A stretch of DNA of 58,825 bases from a virus (taxonomy: Duplodnaviria; Caudoviricetes), in the IMG/VR virus record IMGVR_UViG_3300048996_000263, positions 1 to 58,825 of that record; one strand, given 5' to 3'. Under the pieces are notes generated by a model. The model saw only the letters and a list, made by a program, of their open reading frames with translations. It did no database searches and had not been told where the DNA came from. Positions 28,357-35,441 of the stretch are shown one piece after another. The position numbers and the translations under genes were made by a program. Positions within the stretch are counted from its first letter, which is position 1, and each line of letters opens with the position of its first letter.

Positions 28357-28566
28357 TCAGTGAACCTTCGTGATGACTGGGTCCCGTGCGTCCACCAGTG
28401 CCACCACGGCAGGCGTGCAGTCACACCCAGTGCACCGGTAGTGCAGGGTGTCGTTACGGATCAGGCCGGGCTGGATCTCTTTGCATGGGACTGTCCACAC
28501 CGTGCCGAGCCTCGGGCAGTGAGGCTGGTTGCACATCAGGTGGTAGGCGTGACGGGTTGACTTCAC
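28357..28566 (-). CDS. Small Cys-rich hypothetical protein
   Basis: C...HC...CTGC; coupled ORF. Confidence 0.5.
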   Translation of the reverse strand: MKSTRHAYHLMCNQPHCPRLGTVWTVPCKEIQPGLIRNDTLHYRCTGCDCTPAVVALVDARDPVITKVH

Positions 28567-28835
28567 TCGTCCTCGCTGTCGTGCACCCAGCGCCTAGCGT
28601 TCTCACGCCATGCCACATCACCGAGCGCGAGCAGGCCGAGCGTCTCGTGTGTGCGTGCACCGTTGTTCGTGAGGAACGCGGTGCAAACCTTGCCTTCACT
28701 GTCGAAGTAGGTAGCGCACAGGACGAACGCAGCGGGCATGCCGTTCGTGTCGTCGCCCAACTCGCCGGCTTTGATCGCCTCGCCGATGGCCGAAGTGATG
28801 CGGTCGGATGCGGCGTCGAGCTTCTCGTCAGCCAC
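28563..28835 (-). CDS. Small conserved actinophage protein, paralog A
   Basis: AI...FVL.A...H.TLGLL pattern. Confidence 0.6.
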   Translation of the reverse strand: MADEKLDAASDRITSAIGEAIKAGELGDDTNGMPAAFVLCATYFDSEGKVCTAFLTNNGARTHETLGLLALGDVAWRENARRWVHDSEDE

Positions 28836-29091
28836 CCTCGTCCTCACCCTCGTCCAACTGCGTCTGCCTGCGGTTGATGACAGCCATGGACTCCGACAGC
28901 ATGCCGCGCACCACGTACGTGGGTAGGCCGTCACCGCTGACCAGGTGGATGACCGAGCCGCCGCCATCGAACCTGCGGGTAGCCGCGAGGACTACCCAGT
29001 CAGTGATGACCTCGCCGTCATCCACTGCGTCTTCGGCGTAGGTGCGGATGGCTTCGTCGAGGACAGCGCGGTGCTTGTCGTCTGCGGTCAC
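28828..29091 (-). CDS. Small conserved actinophage protein, paralog B
   Basis: LDEAI...TDWVVLAA...PTY.VRGML pattern. Confidence 0.6.
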   Translation of the reverse strand: MTADDKHRAVLDEAIRTYAEDAVDDGEVITDWVVLAATRRFDGGGSVIHLVSGDGLPTYVVRGMLSESMAVINRRQTQLDEGEDEGG

Positions 29092-29123
29092 CGGGCCGCC
29101 TTCCTGCTGTTGCAGGTGCGGCA
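29088..29123 (-). pseudogene. Remnant 3' end of an HNH gene
   Basis: Encodes CRTCNSRKAAR*, matching the C-termini of both intact HNH genes; in-frame stop upstream. Confidence 0.6.
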
Positions 29124-29183
29124 CTGGCCAGGCCGGGACTGTGACGTCCTTCAGGCTGTGGTCCACGTCGCTCCTCGCCATAA

Positions 29184-29267
29184 CTCACCGGGCAGGATTT
29201 GAACCTGCGCTTCCACCTTCGACCTCCCGGCGTCGGGTGGCGTCCTGGGCCGCTAAACGACCGGTGA
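29184..29267 (-). ncRNA. tRNA-like element (tRNA-Glu-like body) with enlarged anticodon arm, no encoded CCA
   Basis: Acceptor TCACCGG/CCGGTGA, D arm GTTT-AGCGGCCCA-GGAC, anticodon stem CCACC/GGTGG enclosing 18 nt, T arm GCAGG-TTCAAAT-CCTGC. Confidence 0.85.
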
Positions 29268-29274
29268 GCCTGAC

Positions 29275-29637
29275 TCATCTTGCACCCTTGCGGCCGTTGC
29301 ACGACCTGCACATGGGTACGACTGGTTGCATCGGGTCGCCGCCCCTCGCGATCGGGACCGGGTCGTCCGCTGTCATCTCGCACGGGAACACGACGTGTGG
29401 TGGTCGACCGTAGCCAGGGCAGATGACCATGCCGTCCTCTGTCTGGTGCTCACTGTTGTGGGCTTGGACAGCGGTGGCTCTGTGCTTCCTGACCGCGGTG
29501 GTGCGGGCCCGCTTGGTCGGTGTCGTGCGCCTGAGTGCGGCTTGACGCCGGGGTTCGCAGCGTTCAGCGCAGTACCCGGATGGGGTAGCGGTGTTGTTGC
29601 ATCCTGGGATGGAGCAGCGCTTGGTGGCGCGGCGCAT
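29275..29637 (-). CDS. Second HNH-family protein (catalytic His apparently replaced)
   Basis: CSIPGC...C, MTADDPVPIARGG...MCRSCNGRK. Confidence 0.8.
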   Translation of the reverse strand: MRRATKRCSIPGCNNTATPSGYCAERCEPRRQAALRRTTPTKRARTTAVRKHRATAVQAHNSEHQTEDGMVICPGYGRPPHVVFPCEMTADDPVPIARGGDPMQPVVPMCRSCNGRKGAR

Positions 29638-29640
29638 GAG

Positions 29641-29913
29641 TCAGTGCAGCTGTGTGTCGATGCGTCGCCGCAGGATCCGGTCCGCGATGTCGGCGGCTGC
29701 GTCCGCACCTGCGTCGACGGTGATGTTGCATGCGCCTGACGCCTTGGCCAAGTCCTGTTCGGTCATGTCATGCCACGACGTGAGCCACTTCTGCGGGACG
29801 ACCCCGTACTCGGCAAGTGCGATCAGTGAGTGCGCCATGCTCGCCATCGCGTTGCCTTCGACCAGCTCACGCTTGGCCTCGGCAACATGGTCCACGTTCA
29901 GGTTGTCGGTCAC
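29641..29913 (-). CDS. Hypothetical protein (90 aa)
   Basis: GGAGG RBS, GTG start. Confidence 0.55.
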   Translation of the reverse strand: MTDNLNVDHVAEAKRELVEGNAMASMAHSLIALAEYGVVPQKWLTSWHDMTEQDLAKASGACNITVDAGADAAADIADRILRRRIDTQLH

Positions 29914-30080
29914 TGCGCTACCTCCGTCAGTTCGCGCCCGTCGAGCGAGGCGTGCACCGTGACCCAACCCATGCTGCCGTCATCCCGGATCACCGACTGA
30001 TCTTGCGGTCCACACGGGCAGGGGTCGGTGAGTTCGTGCTCGATCAGGTCGCCGACAGGTACGACGTGAAGGGCGTCCAT
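29910..30080 (-). CDS. Small conserved His/Cys phage protein (56 aa, not in ORF track)
   Basis: MDALHVVPVGDLIEHELTDPCPCGP...DG..GW...HASLDGRE; GGAGG RBS. Confidence 0.65.
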   Translation of the reverse strand: MDALHVVPVGDLIEHELTDPCPCGPQDQSVIRDDGSMGWVTVHASLDGRELTEVAQ

Positions 30081-30178
30081 CGGTCACACCTCCGCTGTCT
30101 GTGCGGTGCCGACCGGTCTTAGGCCCGCGAATCTGGCCAACCGAGTCCGCCGATGGTCGACAGACATCGGGTCAATGG

Positions 30179-30969
30179 TCATGTGTCGACGGTCTTGGCG
30201 AGCCTGGACAGCAGCTGCATCCGCAACCCGCGCGCCTGCGTGAACCGCCTTCGGTCCCACGCGTCGAGCGCCTTGTCGATCTCAGCGTTCGCCGACCGGA
30301 GCTTGGACTCCAAGATGCTGCGCTCCATGTCGACCGGGGTGCTCACCGCCGCCGCCGAGGAATGTCCCGAGGACCCCAACCCAGCACAATGTGCCCCACG
30401 AACCAGAGCCAGAACGCCGAGAACAGCGGCACCAGAACAAACCGCCTGCGAGCTGAGGGTTGGATGCCGACAGCCCACCGCCACCACGCCGTGTACGCCT
30501 CGCTGGGTTTCTCCGCGGTGATGGGCTCGCGTAGGGCGTGGGCTTCGATGGCTATCAGGGTCGAGCTGGCGGCCACGCTCCAGATCGTCCAGCGTGTGCG
30601 TGCATTCACAACCACCTCCGGAGCGTGCATCCCCCGAGTGGACAGGAGCTAAGCGCAGGGTGTAGCGGCGGCTGCCTCGTGTTGGGAGAACGCCTCGTGC
30701 GGCATCCAGCATTCGTTCTCGTCGCTGTCGAACATGGACCCTGGCAGGAAGCACGCCGTGCCCATCTCGTGCACGTAGCCAGCTGACAGGCGCATCACGT
30801 CGGTGTGTTTGTCGCAGGACGACATCGCGCGGTCACCCAGCTCGGGCAAGATCCCGTGCCAGCGGGCAGGCGTCATGCAGGCCGGATCGGTCGCGTGCTC
30901 CATGTAGCCGCAGGACCATCGCAGCGACGGGTCAAGCTCGCCGTAGGTTCGGCCTGGCATCCGCTCCAC
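30179..30969 (-). CDS. Three small hypothetical genes (30179-30346; 30343-30630 membrane protein; 30649-30969 Cys/His-rich)
   Basis: Consecutive minus-strand ORFs with RBS or stop/start overlaps. Confidence 0.55.
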
Positions 30970-30995
30970 CTCCAGGTGAACTACCCCGAATGCCG

Positions 30996-31036
30996 AAAAG
31001 GAGTACCCGGGCCGCTTCTACGACGGCCCGGGTCTC
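30996..31036 (-). terminator. Intrinsic terminator
   Basis: 10-bp stem ACCCGGGCCG/CGGCCCGGGT followed on the minus strand by CTCCTTTT. Confidence 0.6.
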
Positions 31037-31045
31037 GATCAGGGT

Positions 31046-31393
31046 TCAGTCGTCCAGGTTGACGCCGAACTCTTCCGCCACGCTCTCCAGGCTGTAGCGC
31101 CGCTGGCAACAACCGTCGCAGCCGTGCACACCGGACTCAACCTCGCCGACCCTGCCGGGATGCTGGAGCACGTACGCCATGTGGTCAGGGTCGGGGTGGC
31201 CGATGCCGTGCAAGCAAGTGCGCTCCATGAGGCCACGGTCTGCGCGCCAGTTCTGCGGCCAGTCCCGCATGTGATGGTCGCTTGGGCTGTGGATGCAGCA
31301 CGCGGTGGCTCGGCAGGCATGTACAGGATGGACCTTGTGTATGACCTGGCCACCGGTGAGGGTCGCGGTCTCCATGAGGTCTGCGTCGGTCAT
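31046..31393 (-). CDS. Cys/His-rich metal-binding actinophage protein
   Basis: C.IH.PSDHHM..WP..WR.DR..MER.C.HG.GHPDPD...HGCDGCC. Confidence 0.7.
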   Translation of the reverse strand: MTDADLMETATLTGGQVIHKVHPVHACRATACCIHSPSDHHMRDWPQNWRADRGLMERTCLHGIGHPDPDHMAYVLQHPGRVGEVESGVHGCDGCCQRRYSLESVAEEFGVNLDD

Positions 31394-31398
31394 CGCGG

Positions 31399-31563
31399 TC
31401 ACCTCAGCTCGATCAGCTCAGCGGCCTGCTCGCGCCGGGCCTGTCGCCGGTACCGCAGGCGCGCGAGCAGATGCGGGTCGTTCCAGGAGTTACACATCGG
31501 ACGGTCCACGTACTGGCAGCACCAGAGCGACCGGTGACAGCGCCAGCGACGGAGGAGCCTCAC
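31399..31563 (-). CDS. Small hypothetical protein (54 aa) ending LIELR
   Basis: GAGGTG RBS and GTG start. Confidence 0.55.
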   Translation of the reverse strand: MRLLRRWRCHRSLWCCQYVDRPMCNSWNDPHLLARLRYRRQARREQAAELIELR

Positions 31564-31568
31564 GGCGG

Positions 31569-31730
31569 TCACCTCAGTTCGATCAGTCCGGATGTGGCGG
31601 GCAGGGCGGATGTTTGGGACTGTGAGCGCCACCAGTCCGCTGCCCGTTCGTTCCGCTCACGGTCCAACCTGCGCTGAGCACCGATCAGCTGCTCCCACGC
31701 CTCGTCGCCGAGATGACATAGCCAGCACAT
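31569..31730 (-). CDS. Small hypothetical protein (53 aa) ending PATSGLIELR (not in ORF track)
   Basis: MCWLCHLGDEAWEQL...; GAGGTG RBS. Confidence 0.55.
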   Translation of the reverse strand: MCWLCHLGDEAWEQLIGAQRRLDRERNERAADWWRSQSQTSALPATSGLIELR

Positions 31731-31734
31731 GGCG

Positions 31735-32904
31735 TCACCTCAGCTCAATCAGGCCGCTGGTGGCGGGCATCGTGCCCACAGGCCGCTCGTTGGGGTTGAC
31801 CGTGACCCGCCCGGTCTCGAACTCGCGTGTGCACAGCCCTGAAGGCTGGGTGACGTACGGGGCTTTGGGTTGGCCGAGGAGCTTCGCGGTGTCCATCGCA
31901 GGCGTCCACCAGCCCTGACCGGCGCCGTAGCTCTGGTTCTTCCGTGCAGCGAACCGCGCCTTCCCCGTGGTGGCCAGCAACAGGCACGTGAGGGCGTAGT
32001 CGACTTCAGCCTGCGTTTTCGCGTCCGCCTGACACGCCGTGACCTTCCCGGCCTTCTCATTCCACGCCAGCCAATCCAGCTGGGACTTGAACTGGCCGTT
32101 CTCGGCAGATGCCACATGCCACGCGTCCGGGCTGTTCACCGTCCACTGGACGAACCCGAACTCCACGTGCGAACCGTCCACCGCGGCCATGACGTTCTTG
32201 CGCCACTGGTTGTCGTTCGACGCCAGATTCACGTGACACTCAAGCCCGGCCGAGCGCAAAGCGCCCGCAACGTGCTGGATGTACGCGAGCTGGGCGAGCT
32301 GGAACCGGTAGTCGTTCAGGTAATCATCGGTGGGAACCAAGTAGCCGGCGAAGTCCAGGTACTCGTTGATCTCGTCGAGGTAGACGCCGTCCCAGCCTTG
32401 CTCCAGACAGACACGGATCAGCCATGCCGCCGACGCCTTCTGGTAGGCGAGCAGGCCGACATTGATCAGGTAGTTGTAGTACCGCGTCCCGTTGTGGACG
32501 CCGGAGTCGAACTTCGTGGACCGCACCGGTTGCTTGCCCCGTTTGGCCAGCCAATCCCGGTTGAACGTCACGGGGTCGGCGCCCATCCTGTACGCGGCGT
32601 GCGGGTGGTCGGTGAACGTGACGGGGAACGTGTACCGGTATAGCCGCGACACGCCAGCCTGACGAAGCGCTGGGAGGCGTTCCACGGTGCCGGGCTGGCC
32701 CTGCAAGGTCTGAGTGGTCCAGTGTGCGTCCACAACCGGGTCGTTGTAGCAGAACAACGCGTATTCGACCGGGGACAGCGGTTTCGGCGGTACCGGAGGC
32801 TGGTAGTTCTGCAGGGCGACCGTGATCTCGTTCACCTCGACAGCAGCACCGGCGAGGGTCTTGTTCACGGCGTGCATCCGGGCACGGAGGTCGTCAAGGC
32901 TCAT
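31735..32904 (-). CDS. Putative TIM-barrel glycoside hydrolase (GHL15-like)
   Basis: GWDGVYLDE, DG.HVE, and C-terminal LG.P...REF..G.V.VNP motif. Confidence 0.7.
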   Translation of the reverse strand: MSLDDLRARMHAVNKTLAGAAVEVNEITVALQNYQPPVPPKPLSPVEYALFCYNDPVVDAHWTTQTLQGQPGTVERLPALRQAGVSRLYRYTFPVTFTDHPHAAYRMGADPVTFNRDWLAKRGKQPVRSTKFDSGVHNGTRYYNYLINVGLLAYQKASAAWLIRVCLEQGWDGVYLDEINEYLDFAGYLVPTDDYLNDYRFQLAQLAYIQHVAGALRSAGLECHVNLASNDNQWRKNVMAAVDGSHVEFGFVQWTVNSPDAWHVASAENGQFKSQLDWLAWNEKAGKVTACQADAKTQAEVDYALTCLLLATTGKARFAARKNQSYGAGQGWWTPAMDTAKLLGQPKAPYVTQPSGLCTREFETGRVTVNPNERPVGTMPATSGLIELR

Positions 32905-32946
32905 CGCGGAATACCTCCTCCGTCTTCCCGTTTGTCCACCAGGCGA

Positions 32947-33414
32947 TCAACCAGGTATCGCGAGTTGATCCATGTCTGGCCACGCAGGCGTCTCTACTCC
33001 CTGCACGCGGCGCAGCGGGATCTCCAGGTGTTCGAAAGCGTTCTTGGGTAAAGGCGCGCCGAACGGGCCGCTTGTGATCACGTGCCTCGCTTTGAGCGTC
33101 AGGATGGCGGCCGGATTCAACTTTCGATAGCGGGCATAAATCAACGAGGGTGGCCGAAGACCGCACCCGTCGTGACCCTCGCGGCCATTGCAGCTGTAAC
33201 AGAGAAGGCCACGGATCAGGCCCGTCCGGTGATCGTGATCCCGCACCAGAGAACCGCGCCGGCTGCCCGGAACGGCTGGAGCGGCGCAGATCGCACATTG
33301 GCCACGCTGCCAGTTCCAGAGCAGGTAGTGAGCGAAGTTCTCAGGGCACCTGTCGACCACGGCCCAATGAGCTTCGGTCGCCGGCCACATCCAGCACGCT
33401 GGCTTGTCTGTCAT
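32947..33414 (-). CDS. Endonuclease VII domain protein
   Basis: WQ.G.CAIC...DHDH.TGLIRGLLC.SCN..EG. Confidence 0.85.
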   Translation of the reverse strand: MTDKPACWMWPATEAHWAVVDRCPENFAHYLLWNWQRGQCAICAAPAVPGSRRGSLVRDHDHRTGLIRGLLCYSCNGREGHDGCGLRPPSLIYARYRKLNPAAILTLKARHVITSGPFGAPLPKNAFEHLEIPLRRVQGVETPAWPDMDQLAIPG

Positions 33415-33620
33415 CTGTCCTTGCCGTCTCGGATGCGGGCCACGTACTCCCGGGTCCAGCCTGTCGCTTCGGTCACCTCTGTCAGTCGCCCGCGCACCGG
33501 TGGGTCGCCGCGCTTCTCGGGGAAGACCTGAGGGATTAGCTCCAAGAGCTTGGCCCGGTCGCGTGCGATGCGTTGTGCCAGCTTGCGGATCTCTTCGATC
33601 TTGGCCTCGTCGCTGCTCAT
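33411..33620 (-). CDS. Small HTH DNA-binding protein, probably leaderless
   Basis: LTEVTEATGWTREYVARIR HTH; TTGACT-N18-TAAAAT 6 nt before ATG. Confidence 0.75.
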   Translation of the reverse strand: MSSDEAKIEEIRKLAQRIARDRAKLLELIPQVFPEKRGDPPVRGRLTEVTEATGWTREYVARIRDGKDR

Positions 33621-33626
33621 GCACCC

Positions 33627-33700
33627 ATTTTACGCGGACAAAGTTTGCCAAGTCAATGTGCCCTCACCTCTTGACAACGCCAACTCAGTTGGCATACTAT
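33627..33700. promoter_or_regulatory. Divergent sigma70-type promoters with palindromic operator
   Basis: Plus strand TTGACA (33671)-N18-TACTAT with GCCAACTCAGTTGGC in the spacer; minus strand TTGACT-N18-TAAAAT. Confidence 0.75.
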
Positions 33701-33730
33701 TATTACATCAGCAAGGGAGGGGAGCCCGAA

Positions 33731-33898
33731 ATGCGAACCAACATCCCCGCCAAGGACATCAAGCCCGGCGACACCCTGAACCTGGAGAAGGTCACCGAAG
33801 TCAAGAACGGCAACGGCTCGGTCACCTGGAAGACCAAGGAGTCGGGCTGGATGGTCCAGCCGATCAACCCGAACTTCAGGGTCAACGTCGAGAGGTAG
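33731..33898 (+). CDS. Small beta-rich hypothetical protein (55 aa)
   Basis: GGGAG RBS, strong promoter upstream, high GC3; MRTNIPAKDIKPGDTL... Confidence 0.75.
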   Translation: MRTNIPAKDIKPGDTLNLEKVTEVKNGNGSVTWKTKESGWMVQPINPNFRVNVER

Positions 33899-33905
33899 CG
33901 GACCA

Positions 33906-33925
33906 GCCCCCGGGAAGCCGGGGGC
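33906..33925 (+). terminator. Hairpin after 55-aa gene
   Basis: GCCCCCGG-GAAG-CCGGGGGC. Confidence 0.55.
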
Positions 33926-33989
33926 ACCTCTTCCGACTACTTGCTGACCCTAACTAAGCATTGCCGTGTCCGGCCTGGAAGGAAAAGCT

Positions 33990-34115
33990 GTGCTCACGCG
34001 ATTCAACCGCCTGGTCGGCGAGATGCCGCTGGCGCAGGTGCCACGCTTGTGGGCGCACTTCGCGGTCACCGCTGTGATAGCTGCCGCCGTGCTCCTGGCG
34101 TACCTCGTCCCCTAG
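33990..34115 (+). CDS. 41-aa single-TM peptide (not in ORF track)
   Basis: GAAGGA RBS; MLTRFNRLVGEMPLAQVPRLWAHFAVTAVIAAAVLLAYLVP. Confidence 0.55.
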   Translation: MLTRFNRLVGEMPLAQVPRLWAHFAVTAVIAAAVLLAYLVP

Positions 34116-34165
34116 CCGTGACCAGCTATTCCGATCAGTGTCCCGCCCAACATCAAGGAGAGACC

Positions 34166-34564
34166 ATGACCGAGCAGGAGTTCAACGCGTGGGCCTACGA
34201 GCACGTCAAGCACTACCTGGACGACACGCTTCTCTTCACCGCCGAGGAGAAGCGCGGCGTCGGCCGGGTCAAGGCGTTCGTAGCCGGGCTCGAAAGCAAC
34301 CGGCAGATCCTCGTCAAGGAGGACCGCCCAGAGATGAAGTGGTGTGCGACCGGCCGATCATTCACCAAGGGAGACTCGTTCCCCGCTGGCATTCAAGGCC
34401 GGTGGATCGTCGTCGATCCAGACGGCGCCGTGTGGGAGCTGCTCAAGTTCAACAACGACGGGGTGGCTGTTCTGCACTGCCGTTCGACGGACGCGACTCG
34501 CACGTGGGTCGATCTGCTCGACGAGCACGGCACACTGCGCGAGCTCTCAGAGGTCTCGGATTAG
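34166..34564 (+). CDS. Hypothetical protein (132 aa)
   Basis: AAGGAG RBS; C-terminal V.D.DG.VW...TW.DLL.EHG.L.E domain. Confidence 0.7.
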   Translation: MTEQEFNAWAYEHVKHYLDDTLLFTAEEKRGVGRVKAFVAGLESNRQILVKEDRPEMKWCATGRSFTKGDSFPAGIQGRWIVVDPDGAVWELLKFNNDGVAVLHCRSTDATRTWVDLLDEHGTLRELSEVSD

Positions 34565-34737
34565 CTATTCCGCTCGGTGTCCGGCCCCGCAGGGCTAACG
34601 GGTTATCTCTCCCGCGGGACGCCACCAAGCCTGGGAAGGAGCCGGTGGGCGGGACCGGACAGCGAGGAGGCCAGCACACCATGCACCCCGCGAGGGTGTC
34701 GTGAGGGCCGTTCTTCCAGCCGAGGCGATGGCGGAAG

Positions 34738-35334
34738 CTATGCGACGTCAGGCATGAACTTGACGATCGGTTTCGCCCCGGTCTTGCGGCGGATCTTGTT
34801 GATGTGCTCGATCAGTGCCGGACCTGGCCTGAACCATTCCTTGCCTTCAGCCAGGTACTCGGCGAACTGGATCAATCGTTGGGACTCCGCAGCCCAACTT
34901 GAGTCGTGTTCAAGCGCCAGTACCCGCCTGTACGGCGGATAGGCAAGGAGCCGACGCTTCAGGTTCTCGGTGCACCCAATCTTCACCAGGTGTCCGACCT
35001 GTACGTAGTACACCGTGACCGGACGATCAGGCTCTGGCAGCTTCGGCTGCTTGATGCCATAGAACTCGTCCAGGCCGCCTATCGCGATCAGACGGGCGAA
35101 CATTGGGTCCTTGTCGTGCACGTCCATGATCCGTTCACGGACAGCCCTGTAGGCCTCGGTCATGTGGCCTACACAGATGGGGAATGGAGCGTCCTTCGCG
35201 GACGGTGCATCACAGAATGTCCCGTTTCGACGCTGGACAGTGCACCTGGACGTGCGGATATAGTCGACCACGTTGGCCTGCTTTCTCAGGTTGACCGCAC
35301 CCCGGGGCAGTGGCAACTGTCGCCGGGGCTTCAC
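34738..35334 (-). CDS. GIY-YIG-like T5orf172/MUG113 domain protein
   Basis: VYYVQ...VKIGCT.NL.RRL...E...F...EWF. Confidence 0.75.
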   Translation of the reverse strand: MKPRRQLPLPRGAVNLRKQANVVDYIRTSRCTVQRRNGTFCDAPSAKDAPFPICVGHMTEAYRAVRERIMDVHDKDPMFARLIAIGGLDEFYGIKQPKLPEPDRPVTVYYVQVGHLVKIGCTENLKRRLLAYPPYRRVLALEHDSSWAAESQRLIQFAEYLAEGKEWFRPGPALIEHINKIRRKTGAKPIVKFMPDVA

Positions 35335-35339
35335 ATGAA

Positions 35340-35375
35340 AGGAGTCCCGGGAGCAAGCGCTCGACCGGGACTCCT
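35340..35375 (-). terminator. Hairpin (terminator or leader) upstream of the GIY-YIG gene
   Basis: 11-bp stem AGGAGTCCCGG/CCGGGACTCCT. Confidence 0.5.
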
Positions 35376-35441
35376 ATAGCAATTAAAACAAATCTAACGT
35401 CCGCGCAGGTCGGAGCGCAAGCTTCTCGACCACACGGTGTG

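Larger units (their letters stand above)
31395..31752 (-). repeat. Three ~22-bp direct repeats CTGATCGAGCTGAGGTGA(C)CGC at gene junctions
   Basis: Copies at 31395-31416, 31565-31586, 31732-31752; each encodes LIELR* plus the SD of the next gene. Confidence 0.85.

Noticed and set aside
29184-29267. A normal decoding tRNA or an att-site tRNA fragment
   Set aside because: No canonical 7-nt anticodon loop or CCA; it is full length and far from the integrase and prophage ends.
31395-31752. Regularly spaced repeats as a CRISPR array
   Set aside because: Only three imperfect copies, spacers ~145 bp and coding, no cas genes.
34655-34680. HDV-like ribozyme suggested by GCCTCCTCGCTG on the minus strand
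   Set aside because: Could not build P1/P2 in the required order and P3 is mismatched.
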